Counted from the stretch's first letter, positions 47,535 to 56,970 are shown. The stretch: DNA of 64,000 nt from a virus (IMGVR_UViG_3300042905_002309:169278-233277); one strand, 5' to 3'. Numbers and translations: made by a program. The notes: generated from the sequence alone by a model not told the origin.

Positions 47535-47950
47535 AAAATTACATATGGGTTACAGAACAATATTTTAAGAATAAATGGAATGTTACTGACGGTGTATTCT
47601 TTACTAGAAAGGAAGCAAGACAATTTTGCAAAGCCAATCCTCTCTGCAATTTTAGATATAGAAAATATGTCACAGAACAGGTTGTAGCACCAGAACCTCC
47701 GTTTACACGTTATAATATTAATGATATGGTTATGGTTTATTTAACATCTGAGGGTGCAGAAGAATTGATGAATTATAATATAGTACACGCACCAATTTCT
47801 ACATATCAAACAATACCAACTGGATACAATCCCACTACACGTTTATTTAAGACTGAACTTTGGAATCTTATGCTTATTTTTGGACGTTTCTTATATATGG
47901 GCGGTAGACCTATGTTTATTCAAAACATCATTTGTATTAAGAAAGATTAA
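47531..47950 (+). CDS. hypothetical protein
   Basis: ORF track; ATG 47531 (ATGA overlap). Confidence 0.5.
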   Translation: MKNYIWVTEQYFKNKWNVTDGVFFTRKEARQFCKANPLCNFRYRKYVTEQVVAPEPPFTRYNINDMVMVYLTSEGAEELMNYNIVHAPISTYQTIPTGYNPTTRLFKTELWNLMLIFGRFLYMGGRPMFIQNIICIKKD

Positions 47951-47953
47951 TTT

Positions 47954-48127
47954 ATGAATGAAGATACAACCGAGTTAAAGAAGGCGATTAATAATCTAAT
48001 TTGGATGTATAGTCCACAAATGATAACAATCTATAAAGCAGAACAGATTGCTATTGATATCTTGGCTATGATTCAAAGTGGCTATGATATTCAAGAGGTG
48101 CAGGTTTCAAGGATAACACGTTTATGA
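47954..48127 (+). CDS. small ORF (57 aa), not in track
   Basis: Read by eye. Confidence 0.35.
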   Translation: MNEDTTELKKAINNLIWMYSPQMITIYKAEQIAIDILAMIQSGYDIQEVQVSRITRL

Positions 48128-48555
48128 GCATAACTAAGGCAATTTCTACTGCTTGGCAGAAAAAAAGAGAACGTGGACATCAATTTATTTACTGGTGTGT
48201 AGATGTTCATGGTGTTATCGTTACCCCTACATACAAGCTTAATAATGATGGTGCATTTTTTTACGAAGTAGGTGTTGAGGGTTTACAGATGATTTCTTCT
48301 GACCCTACCAATAAAATTATTCTATGGAGTTCTTCATATGATGAACCTTTTAAAGCCATAGTTAAACAATTAAGTTTTCGTAATGTACGAGTTGATTATG
48401 TGAACGAAAATCCAGAATGTCCTTCTACAGAACTTTGTGATTTTTCAAAGAAGTTTTACATGGATATTATTTTAGACGATAAAGCAGGATTCGAACCTAA
48501 TGAAGATTGGGAACTCATCTATCAATTTCTTAAAAATAAGAAAGATTATGAATGA
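48124..48555 (+). CDS. hypothetical protein (possible HAD-like fold, weak)
   Basis: ORF track; WCVDVHGVIV only loosely DxDGT-like. Confidence 0.5.
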   Translation: MSITKAISTAWQKKRERGHQFIYWCVDVHGVIVTPTYKLNNDGAFFYEVGVEGLQMISSDPTNKIILWSSSYDEPFKAIVKQLSFRNVRVDYVNENPECPSTELCDFSKKFYMDIILDDKAGFEPNEDWELIYQFLKNKKDYE

Positions 48556-48833
48556 AAACTTGGGAAACACGTTTGAAAGAAGCGGTTCAAAATAAACGCT
48601 TTACCAAAGAAGATGTCAAAGAAGCGCAATTGTGGACTACTGATCCTATCTCCGAAATTAAAGATAAGATAGAACTTAAAAACAATGACATTAAATTTGG
48701 CCCGAAAGATATCTACCTAATCTTAGATGGAATCTTCTTTACCAAAGGTGTCGAAGAGAATGATGTAGCGTTAGCAGAGGCTTGTTACAAGGGAATTCAT
48801 AAAAGAGTTGAAAAACTTTACAAAACAGTTTGA
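48552..48833 (+). CDS. hypothetical protein
   Basis: ORF track. Confidence 0.45.
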   Translation: MKTWETRLKEAVQNKRFTKEDVKEAQLWTTDPISEIKDKIELKNNDIKFGPKDIYLILDGIFFTKGVEENDVALAEACYKGIHKRVEKLYKTV

Positions 48834-48865
48834 CATTTAATAACGAAAAGGGTAATCTATTACAC

Positions 48866-49927
48866 ATGAAAGTATACAACACAGACAAACTACGAATTTG
48901 CAAAAGCGAAGATTATAACTACGTTTTTGACAAGACAAACGGATTCTTCGCTCGTTGGGGTAAAACGAAAGAAGACGATCCTCAGTTCGCACCGATGCCT
49001 GAAATCCTTGATATCGAAGTGACTACCATTTGTTATGGTGTGCCACATATTGATAAAGAGGGTAAACCTACTCCCCGTATCCCTTGTAAATTCTGTTACA
49101 AGTCAAATACATCGAATGGTGTCAATATGCCTTTCTCCAATTTCAAGATCATCCTTGATAAGATGCCTTGGTTGCTTCAAGTAGCCTTTGGTGCTGATTC
49201 AGAGTGTTCTTCAAATCCTGATATCTGGAAAATGATGGGTTACTGCCGTGAGAAGGGTGTCGTGCCTAATATCACTGTAGCTAATATTACTGACGAAACT
49301 GCTGACAATTTGAAGAAATATTGTGGGGCTGTTGCTGTCTCTCGTTATGATAATAAAAACCTCTGCTATGATTCTGTCAAGAAATTAACGGATCGTGGTA
49401 TGGAACAGATTAATATTCACATTTTGGTGTCTGATAACACCTATGATATGGTTATGGAAACTCTTAAAGACCGATTGACCGACAAGCGACTTGAAAAGCT
49501 TAATGCCATCGTACTCTTGAACTTGAAACAAAAAGGTCGTGGTGAGGCGTATAACACCCTTACTGATGATAAATTCAAGGTGCTTGTAGACTTTGCGTTT
49601 GATAATAAGATTACTATTGGGTTTGATTCATGTGGTTGCAACAAGTTTCTACGTGTAATCAAGGATTATCCTAATTTTAAAGAAATGGAAATGGTGTCGG
49701 AACCTTGTGAGTCAAGTTTATTCAGTTCGTACATTGATGCTAACGGAGATTTCTATCCTTGTAGCTTCTGTGAGGGACATTGCAAAGGTTGCTTGTCTTG
49801 GGAAACTGGTTTAAGCGTGTTGAAGGCTGATGATTTCCTCAAGGATATCTGGCATAATGAGAAGACAAAAATTTTTAGGGACGTACTTTTGAAAAATGGT
49901 CGTAATTGCCCTATGTATAATGTGTAA
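48866..49927 (+). CDS. radical SAM / SPASM-domain enzyme (atypical Cx17Cx2C cluster; C-terminal Cx12Gx4C...CxxC...C SPASM-like cluster)
   Basis: EVTTICYGVPHIDKEGKPTPRIPCKFCY; FGADSECS (GGEP-like); EPCESSLFSSYIDANGDFYPCSFCEGHCKGC fits the SPASM Cx9-15Gx4C...CxxC pattern. Confidence 0.55.
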   Translation: MKVYNTDKLRICKSEDYNYVFDKTNGFFARWGKTKEDDPQFAPMPEILDIEVTTICYGVPHIDKEGKPTPRIPCKFCYKSNTSNGVNMPFSNFKIILDKMPWLLQVAFGADSECSSNPDIWKMMGYCREKGVVPNITVANITDETADNLKKYCGAVAVSRYDNKNLCYDSVKKLTDRGMEQINIHILVSDNTYDMVMETLKDRLTDKRLEKLNAIVLLNLKQKGRGEAYNTLTDDKFKVLVDFAFDNKITIGFDSCGCNKFLRVIKDYPNFKEMEMVSEPCESSLFSSYIDANGDFYPCSFCEGHCKGCLSWETGLSVLKADDFLKDIWHNEKTKIFRDVLLKNGRNCPMYNV

Positions 49928-49935
49928 GGAGTAGT

Positions 49936-50280
49936 ATGAAAATTCGAAGTGGATTTGTAAGTAATAGTTCAAGTAGTTCATTCATCGTACAGGCATGTGA
50001 TGTAGAACGTGCTAAAAGTATGGGTTTAACACTCATTTCAGTTAAAACTCTTAAAGAGTATAATAAAAAGCTTACAGAACTTGAAAACTCTAAAGCTGAG
50101 ATTATGAAGGATGTGCCTAGTTTTCTTGGTGGTGGATATAATTATTATGGATCACAAATTGATATCTTAGGTATTGATAATTTGGATGATGCAGATTTCA
50201 TTTCGGAGCCGTATGACCGTGATGAGGCGTATAGAAGTGGTATGGATGATTATTTTAGCACATTTTTGAGTGACTTGTAA
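49936..50280 (+). CDS. tandem paralog 1 sharing N-terminus MKIRSGFVSNSSSSSFIV with the next four genes
   Basis: ORF track; strong RBS aggagtagt. Confidence 0.7.
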   Translation: MKIRSGFVSNSSSSSFIVQACDVERAKSMGLTLISVKTLKEYNKKLTELENSKAEIMKDVPSFLGGGYNYYGSQIDILGIDNLDDADFISEPYDRDEAYRSGMDDYFSTFLSDL

Positions 50281-50288
50281 GGAGATTT

Positions 50289-51098
50289 ATGAAAATTAGA
50301 AACGGATTTGTGAGTAACAGTAGTTCTAGTAGCTTTGTGGTAGTATTACCTAAAAAGCCTGAATACTGTCAACAAGTTTATGAAATGTTATTCAATAGTA
50401 AGAAAGAGATAATCAAAGAAGAGTATTTAGGTGAATTGGATACTCATCAAATTTCAGAACTCGTATATAGGGATTTAGTCAATACTAAATTCAAGAGAGC
50501 TACGGTTCAAGAGGTTGCTGACTTATTTTCTGCACGTTATCATTATTGGATCAACGCTAATAGTCTCATGATGGATAATAAGGTCGTTGATAAAGACGGT
50601 GGAACCTTTTACTGTGCATCCAATAATTTTTGGGGTACTGATAAGAAGTTATTAGAATTATACAAACAATCCGTTATCAAATGTGACAAAAACTCCAAAA
50701 TGATTCAGAAACGTGCTAACGAAGTTGAAAAGAATGCACCGAATCGTGTTGAATATGCTTATAAAGACGGAAAGAATTATAAGGACGTACCTTATACTGA
50801 TACCCAAATTAAAGCCTATAAGAAATACGAAAAAGAACTTGACTTTTATCAGAAAAATGATAAAGTTTACAAAGATTTTATCAAATGGAGAGATAAGATT
50901 CATAGGTCTGATTGGGACTTGGAGCATAAATATCGCCATGCGTTAGCTAAAGTAGATGCCAAAGCATTTTTGAAGGCGTACAAGGGTAAGTTTGTATTCA
51001 CTACATCTTATTCAGATAATGATGGTTCAATTGGAGCCTTGATGGAGCATGGAAATATTTTTAGAAATGTCGAGCATGAGCGTATTAGTATGCATTAA
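50289..51098 (+). CDS. tandem paralog 2 (MKIRNGFVSNSSSSSFVV..., 269 aa K/D-rich body)
   Basis: ORF track; RBS aaggagattt. Confidence 0.7.
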   Translation: MKIRNGFVSNSSSSSFVVVLPKKPEYCQQVYEMLFNSKKEIIKEEYLGELDTHQISELVYRDLVNTKFKRATVQEVADLFSARYHYWINANSLMMDNKVVDKDGGTFYCASNNFWGTDKKLLELYKQSVIKCDKNSKMIQKRANEVEKNAPNRVEYAYKDGKNYKDVPYTDTQIKAYKKYEKELDFYQKNDKVYKDFIKWRDKIHRSDWDLEHKYRHALAKVDAKAFLKAYKGKFVFTTSYSDNDGSIGALMEHGNIFRNVEHERISMH

Positions 51099-51109
51099 GA
51101 AAGGAAATT

Positions 51110-51409
51110 ATGAAAATTAGACAAGGATTTGTAAGTAACAGTTCTAGCAGTTCGTTCTGCATCTATGGTGCGTACCTTGGTGAAGATCGTGATGAAGCAG
51201 AAGCTATTGAAGCGAAGATTGGTGAACTTGGATTAAAATTAGAGGTTCATTATGGGGAGTATACTCGATGTGTTGGACGCTCATGGTGTTCTATCGGAAA
51301 TGATGAAACTGGTAAAGCATTCAAGGATGGTATTGATGAAGCTGTAACGAAACTTGGTCTTGATGCCAAAAAGACCACTACAATCGAAGAGTCTTGGTAT
51401 AACGGTTAA
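51110..51409 (+). CDS. tandem paralog 3 (MKIRQGFVSNSSSSSFCI...)
   Basis: ORF track; RBS gaaaggaaatt. Confidence 0.7.
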   Translation: MKIRQGFVSNSSSSSFCIYGAYLGEDRDEAEAIEAKIGELGLKLEVHYGEYTRCVGRSWCSIGNDETGKAFKDGIDEAVTKLGLDAKKTTTIEESWYNG

Positions 51410-51418
51410 GGAGAAATT

Positions 51419-51796
51419 ATGAAAATTAGAAACGGATTTGTGAGTAATAGTAGTTCAAGTAGTTTTTGTATCTTTGGTGTCGAGTTGACCGAAAAGGAAT
51501 ACAAAGCACTTATAGCAAAAGAAATTGCTGCAATGAAAGAAGAAGAGGGTGAAGATTTTGATGAAGAAAGTTGCGATATCCAAGATATGCTTTCAGAATG
51601 CGCCTATATTAAAAAGAATAAGTTAGATATAGTATCAACGTCCTTGGATGGTGTCAGTCTTTGTATTGGATTAGATTTATCAGATTCTTCATTAAAAGGT
51701 GAAAAACTTATTATTGAACTTACCAGAATTCATAATATTTTAAATCGTGATTATTCCCATGAGGTAGAAATCTTTTCGGGTGAGACTTATAATTAA
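51419..51796 (+). CDS. tandem paralog 4 (MKIRNGFVSNSSSSSFCI...)
   Basis: ORF track; RBS aaggagaaatt. Confidence 0.7.
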   Translation: MKIRNGFVSNSSSSSFCIFGVELTEKEYKALIAKEIAAMKEEEGEDFDEESCDIQDMLSECAYIKKNKLDIVSTSLDGVSLCIGLDLSDSSLKGEKLIIELTRIHNILNRDYSHEVEIFSGETYN

Positions 51797-51805
51797 GGAA
51801 TAAAT

Positions 51806-52138
51806 ATGAAAATTAGAAACGGTTTTGTAAGTAATAGTAGCAGTTCTTCATTTATTTGTTCAGTCTGTGGTGAATCTGAAACATATTATGATGGGCTTGA
51901 AGAAGCGGGTGCAATACAGTGTGAAGGTCAATGGCATATTTTCCACGAGGATTGTGTCAAGAAATTTGATCTTGAATTTACGGAAGACCGTAATTATGGT
52001 AAATGTGTGACAAGAGCTAGTTGTCCTATTTGTAATCTTTCGGTTCTTCCAGACAGTGACGAGTTGACATTCTTACGTGAAAAGTATAAGATGTCTAAAG
52101 ATGAGATTCTAACAGAGTTACGTAAAACGAAAGGTTAA
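51806..52138 (+). CDS. tandem paralog 5 (MKIRNGFVSNSSSSSFIC...; Cys-rich zinc-finger-like body)
   Basis: ORF track; RBS taaggaataaat. Confidence 0.7.
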   Translation: MKIRNGFVSNSSSSSFICSVCGESETYYDGLEEAGAIQCEGQWHIFHEDCVKKFDLEFTEDRNYGKCVTRASCPICNLSVLPDSDELTFLREKYKMSKDEILTELRKTKG

Positions 52139-52139
52139 T

Positions 52140-52484
52140 ATGAGTTTTGTACTAATCAGTTGGGTATTATTTCTACATTTTGTATTTGACTTTATGTGTC
52201 AAACCGACAAGATGGCAATTAATAAGAGTAAGTCGTTTAAATGGCTTTTTACACATACCAGTGTATACAGTCTTATGGCTTTTCTCGTGGGATTACCTTT
52301 TCCATTAGCTATAGGATTCTACTTATACCTCTTTGTTACTCATAGTATCATTGATGGTATCACCTCACGTATAACTTCATACTTGTGGGTGAAAGAACAG
52401 CGTCATTGGTTCTTTGTAACGATTGGATTTGACCAGTGGTTGCATTATGTGACAATCTTCTGGTTCTTGAGTAAAGTCATATGA
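52140..52484 (+). CDS. multi-pass membrane protein (about 4 TM)
   Basis: ORF track; hydrophobic. Confidence 0.5.
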   Translation: MSFVLISWVLFLHFVFDFMCQTDKMAINKSKSFKWLFTHTSVYSLMAFLVGLPFPLAIGFYLYLFVTHSIIDGITSRITSYLWVKEQRHWFFVTIGFDQWLHYVTIFWFLSKVI

Positions 52485-53029
52485 ATAAAGTTGATGTAAA
52501 AAATTATATCGATCCATCTTGGGATGTTTCTGATATTGTAGTGGAAGCATCTCAAGAGTTGGTTGATAAATGGTTGCCTATGATGAATTATAGTTCTGAT
52601 TCGTGGAGAAACTTTCATTTTACTGAACAAGATATTACATCACATAGAGATGAAACCAAATATTATGGTAACAAATATAAATTACCATCTGTAGATTTAA
52701 AAGATAGATTAGAAGTTTCAAAAAATCTAGAATTTTTGGAGTTGGTATATAAAGCTAATTATAAAGAATGTGGATTCACCTATAAAGTCCGATGGGCAGT
52801 GATGAATTATAGGGGAGATTGTACTAAACGACTACATACTGATGCAGAAGCGTATAAATTGAATGTTAAAGAAACCATAGACTTAATTAATTATAATAAA
52901 AATTCGATCAACATAATATCTTCTGATATAGAGTACAAACAACGTGAATTGTTGCACACACAAGACGCATTAAAAAGATTTGAAGAAGCGTTAATTAGAT
53001 TAAAAGAACAAGAAAAGGATTATGAATGA
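52481..53029 (+). CDS. hypothetical protein
   Basis: ORF track. Confidence 0.5.
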   Translation: MNKVDVKNYIDPSWDVSDIVVEASQELVDKWLPMMNYSSDSWRNFHFTEQDITSHRDETKYYGNKYKLPSVDLKDRLEVSKNLEFLELVYKANYKECGFTYKVRWAVMNYRGDCTKRLHTDAEAYKLNVKETIDLINYNKNSINIISSDIEYKQRELLHTQDALKRFEEALIRLKEQEKDYE

Positions 53030-53562
53030 GTAAAACAATTGTAGTAAATTTATTTGCAGGTCCGGGAACTGGTAAATCAACCACTATGGCAGGTGTGTTC
53101 AGTGAGTTGAAATTGCGTGGCATTAACTGTGAAATGGCTCCTGAATTTGCCAAGGAAAAGGTTTGGGAAGGCTCATTAGGCATCCTTGAGAACCAGATTT
53201 ATATCTTTGGTAAGCAGTTACACGCTATTCATCGACTATTGGGAAAGGTTGATGTGATTATTACAGATTCACCCTTGCTATTATCATTGGTTTATGGTAA
53301 ACATGAAACTGAAACTTTTAAGAAGTTTGTATTAGAGGTGTTTCATAGACAGAATAATGTCAACTATTTCTTGGAACGTAAAAAGGCTTACAATCCTTCT
53401 GGGCGATTACAGACAGAGGAACAAGCGAAGGGTATTGATCGTACTGTATATGATCTTTTAATGGCAAATGATGTACCATTCTTTAAGATTCCAAGTTGTA
53501 AAGATTCTTTTAGTGTGATTGCTAACGATGTAGAAGAAATGATGAAGGTTCGACATGGATAA
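53026..53562 (+). CDS. P-loop NTPase/kinase (AAA_28/NadR-kinase-like?)
   Basis: Walker A FAGPGTGKSTT; small size; sits near the NAD and nucleotide-metabolism genes. Confidence 0.5.
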   Translation: MSKTIVVNLFAGPGTGKSTTMAGVFSELKLRGINCEMAPEFAKEKVWEGSLGILENQIYIFGKQLHAIHRLLGKVDVIITDSPLLLSLVYGKHETETFKKFVLEVFHRQNNVNYFLERKKAYNPSGRLQTEEQAKGIDRTVYDLLMANDVPFFKIPSCKDSFSVIANDVEEMMKVRHG

Positions 53563-54166
53563 TGATATAAATGTTATGAAAATCAAGCTTTTACACCCTG
53601 ACGCAAAATGTCCAGTACAGGCGCATCCAAATTCAGACGCAGGTTATGATGTGTTTGCTATCGATGATGGTGTAGAAAAAATAGAGATTAGAAGGGAATA
53701 TATAGCTGATAATCCAGTCGCCAACGTAAGAGAAATTTTCATATACAGAGAGTATCGTACTGGATTGGCTATAGAATTACCTATTGGTTATCATTGTGAA
53801 TTATTTCCACGTTCATCTATTACTAAAATGGATTTAATGTTGAAAAATTCCATTGGATTAATTGATAATGAATATCGTGGTGAATTGATATTCAGGTTTC
53901 ACCAGTTTCCAATGGTAAATGGTACAAATTCTGTTTACAAAAAGGGTGATAGGATTGGTCAAATTGTCTTGAGAAAGACTATCCATATGCCTATAATGGT
54001 TGTCGATGAATTAAGCGATACGAGTCGTGGTACAGGTGGATTTGGTAGTAGTACAGGTGAATTCCATATCGTGGCAGGTGCTACAAACGTGGGTAAAAGT
54101 TGTTTTAAAAGTGAAGAAGTGAATCCGATTTATAAATCAATTGGTGTAGATACAAGGATGATATAA
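53555..54166 (+). CDS. dut: dUTP diphosphatase (dUTPase) with ~40-aa C-terminal extension
   Basis: AGYDVFA, RSSITK...GLIDNEYRGEL, GDRIGQIVL, RGTGGFGSSTG motifs. Confidence 0.85.
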   Translation: MDNDINVMKIKLLHPDAKCPVQAHPNSDAGYDVFAIDDGVEKIEIRREYIADNPVANVREIFIYREYRTGLAIELPIGYHCELFPRSSITKMDLMLKNSIGLIDNEYRGELIFRFHQFPMVNGTNSVYKKGDRIGQIVLRKTIHMPIMVVDELSDTSRGTGGFGSSTGEFHIVAGATNVGKSCFKSEEVNPIYKSIGVDTRMI

Positions 54167-54168
54167 TT

Positions 54169-54687
54169 ATGAAATACAAAAGTGAATTATTAGGTGCAAC
54201 AGTTTATCCTGAATTAGATGTAATATTCTTCTACGGGGGAATCTTCTCACAATGGGCAGAATGTAAGTTCCATTGTACAGCATTAAACCTTGAAGTGAAT
54301 TGTGCTGAACAAGCGATGATGCTTCATAAGGCAAAATTCTTTAAAGATCAGGAAATCTATGATGCCATTCTTGCAACAGATCATCCTAGAGATCAAAAGG
54401 CTTTAGGTCGTATGGTTAAGAATTTTGATCCTATGGCATGGGAAACGGTTGCATTTAATTATGTCAAAGATATCAATGTTGATAAATTTGGTCAAAATAA
54501 GGGATGGAAAGAATTGTTATTCTTGACTGATCCTTACCATTTGGTCGAAGCTTCTCCTACAGATAGAATTTGGGGTATTGGTATGGGTGAAGATAATCCA
54601 GATATTTTGAATGATACGAAATGGGGTAGAAACCTATTAGGTGAAGCTATTGTACAGGCTAGAGTAGAATTGATGTTTCCATCCTAA
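54169..54687 (+). CDS. NADAR (YbiA-like, DUF1768) domain protein
   Basis: FFYGGIFSQWAECKF...CAEQAMMLHKAKFF...LATDHPRDQKALGRMVKNFDPMAW...EASPTDRIWGIGMG. Confidence 0.8.
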   Translation: MKYKSELLGATVYPELDVIFFYGGIFSQWAECKFHCTALNLEVNCAEQAMMLHKAKFFKDQEIYDAILATDHPRDQKALGRMVKNFDPMAWETVAFNYVKDINVDKFGQNKGWKELLFLTDPYHLVEASPTDRIWGIGMGEDNPDILNDTKWGRNLLGEAIVQARVELMFPS

Positions 54688-55099
54688 GATTAAGATAATA
54701 ATTAACAACTAAAAATTGTTTGTAATACTCAATGTCTTTTGGTGTAACACGGTTATAAGCAACCCACCCAAAGGCATTGAGTACTTGTGTCATAACTTGA
54801 CGCTTACCCCAAGCAATATCATTACGCTTACAAAGATCGTACCAAACATCATTAGCCTTCATTACACCTACATAATGGGTGCGATAAAGGATGTCATGTA
54901 CAATTGCGGCAGGTAATATCTTACCATTAAAAGGTGTTTCGCCTATAATAGACCAAGCAAACCAAGGGATAGATGCCCCATCAAAAATAAAACCACGCTT
55001 TATAGTAATTTTACCTATAATTGTATCAATAGTGTAATCAGTTAAAAGATAAGCTTCTTTTTCACTAATAAAATAAATCTCTGGTGATGGCAAATTCAT
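54659..55099 (-). CDS. DUF1353-like protein
   Basis: RGFIFDGASIP motif; minus-strand module. Confidence 0.55.
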   Translation of the reverse strand: MNLPSPEIYFISEKEAYLLTDYTIDTIIGKITIKRGFIFDGASIPWFAWSIIGETPFNGKILPAAIVHDILYRTHYVGVMKANDVWYDLCKRNDIAWGKRQVMTQVLNAFGWVAYNRVTPKDIEYYKQFLVVNYYLNLRMETSILL

Positions 55100-55119
55100 G
55101 ATCCGTACCTTTCAATTAT

Positions 55120-55446
55120 TTATAACTGCTTCACAAAAAGTTTCAAAATAGTTATAACTTCTTCCATAGTAATGTAATGCTTAATAACCTTTTCTGACTT
55201 AATTACCTTAGTTTCAGTCCAATCCTTATGTAAATAATGCACCATCTCGTGTAAGAGTGTAGGGATTACATCATAGAATGCTGCTAGTGTGATCGTTTCC
55301 TCGTCATAAAAGCCTGTAATGCCTTTTAAATGCTTCTTGAATACGAAGTCAGGCATATCATCTTTTGGTTGTTTTAAAGCCATTGTGATAGCCTTAATGA
55401 GGGTCTTAGCCTGTTTCTCTTTATCCTCTCGTGACTTAGCTTTCAT
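55120..55446 (-). CDS. hypothetical protein (HEMVHYLH motif)
   Basis: ORF track, minus strand. Confidence 0.5.
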   Translation of the reverse strand: MKAKSREDKEKQAKTLIKAITMALKQPKDDMPDFVFKKHLKGITGFYDEETITLAAFYDVIPTLLHEMVHYLHKDWTETKVIKSEKVIKHYITMEEVITILKLFVKQL

Positions 55447-55464
55447 AATAGCCCTTTATAAGGG

Positions 55465-55896
55465 TTAATGCAAACTATCGTATACTTTACAGAATTCTTT
55501 GAAGGTCATTTTCTCCTTCAAGTTATAAATTTCTTTCATGTTAAAATTTTTATCGTATTGATCCTTGACAGTACTGGATAAATGTGGTTTAGTGTCCTTT
55601 AAGAATTTTTGTACAACTGGTGGGATTTTCTTCAAAGTTAATGGGTCGTACTTATAGCTTTTATGCTTCTTAGCGTCATGAATCATTGGTTTGGTACATT
55701 CGGGACAGTCTAAGCCATAGAGAAAGGTTTTCATATACATTCTGATGATTTTTTTAAGATCAGGTGTATTATAAGGCCAAGTTTCTACTCGTGCATCAGC
55801 ATCAAAGGTTATGCCACAATGTGGACAAGTTGTATCTGCAATCCAAGGCATTTCCTGGATCAATTCTAATTTTGTATATGGATTTAATATACGCAT
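55465..55896 (-). CDS. hypothetical zinc-binding protein (CPHCG...CPEC)
   Basis: ORF track, minus strand. Confidence 0.5.
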   Translation of the reverse strand: MRILNPYTKLELIQEMPWIADTTCPHCGITFDADARVETWPYNTPDLKKIIRMYMKTFLYGLDCPECTKPMIHDAKKHKSYKYDPLTLKKIPPVVQKFLKDTKPHLSSTVKDQYDKNFNMKEIYNLKEKMTFKEFCKVYDSLH

Positions 55897-56045
55897 AAAA
55901 GTATTTAGTATTTAAAGTTGGTGTTTTGGGGTATCGAATCACCCTTTAATAAATTTTCGTCTATAAATAGAGGTTGTAAATTACCCCAATGAAAAGCTAA
56001 AATTCTACCTGTATTATCATCCAATAAATCGTTCTTAACAAAGAA

Positions 56046-56085
56046 AGAAAAAGAGTCAGAACGTTAATCCTGACTCTTTTCTAAT
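56046..56085 (-). terminator. rho-independent terminator (AGAGTCAG-N10-CTGACTCT flanked by A/T runs on both strands) downstream of minus-strand gene 56101-56892
   Basis: Seen directly. Confidence 0.55.
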
Positions 56086-56100
56086 ATCTATCAAGGTTTC

Positions 56101-56892
56101 TTAGAATTCGCCTTGAATGTATAAACGTCCATGTTCAAGTTGGGATGTCCAAATACCCCACGTAGGTTGAGCACTAGCTTCAACAACCAAAGAAGTCTTA
56201 CCAACATCATCGGTAGCATATACACCATAGTAATAAGTTTCATCAGAATAAGCCGCAACTGTAAGATCAACTGCACTCATAGAAAGTGAAGTTGCTGTAT
56301 AAACGGCTGTACCCATACCAACGGCTGTCACAGGAGCCACAATGCTTTGTTCAACTGTTACTGTAACCCAATCAGCGGCGGGATTTGTCCAAGTTAAAGC
56401 CACTTGTTTATCACCTGCTGTAGCGGTTAATCCTGTAACAGGATCGGGGGCTGCTGAATCACCTAAAACAACAAGAACACCCGGATTAGATGTCATAAAA
56501 TTACCTCTATAAGATGAAGTTTCTGCACCTTGGGTAGTTCCAGCACTTATTTCTGCATAAGCTGTCATATAAGAAGATAATATAAGATTATCTGTATTTG
56601 CATGTAAATAGTCATTATTAACTGTTACTGTATAACCAATATACTCCGTTGTAGAACCATCTACAACTAGTGTGCGTGGCAATGCTGCACCAGATATAGT
56701 AAATGTATAAGCTGTTGGGCTAGAGGACACTGCATTCCCCATAGTCATTTCGTCTATTCGTACTGCCGTTACTGATGATACGCTAAGACTGTCTGTTAAA
56801 CCGAATCGTACTAATCCTTCATATGTCCCACTAGCACCATAGTTTAAAGATTGTCCAGAAATCACTTCCATTGTTGTTATTTGTATTGCCAT
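56101..56892 (-). CDS. Ig-like/FN3-like domain protein (possible virion decoration or fibre-associated)
   Basis: GLTATAGDKQVALTWTNP...VTV beta-sandwich-like segment; RBS caggagaataattt. Confidence 0.5.
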   Translation of the reverse strand: MAIQITTMEVISGQSLNYGASGTYEGLVRFGLTDSLSVSSVTAVRIDEMTMGNAVSSSPTAYTFTISGAALPRTLVVDGSTTEYIGYTVTVNNDYLHANTDNLILSSYMTAYAEISAGTTQGAETSSYRGNFMTSNPGVLVVLGDSAAPDPVTGLTATAGDKQVALTWTNPAADWVTVTVEQSIVAPVTAVGMGTAVYTATSLSMSAVDLTVAAYSDETYYYGVYATDDVGKTSLVVEASAQPTWGIWTSQLEHGRLYIQGEF

Positions 56893-56970
56893 AAAATTAT
56901 TCTCCTGTTTTCTTATAAGTATTTATCGAATTTGATTGCAATTTTATGAAAATATGGTAAATTATTACAT

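Noticed and set aside
48124-48555. HAD phosphatase partner (T4 Pnkp-like) for the 28868 kinase
   Set aside because: The DVHGV motif does not match DxDGT, so there is insufficient evidence. The phosphoesterase at 40301 is the better healing-enzyme candidate.
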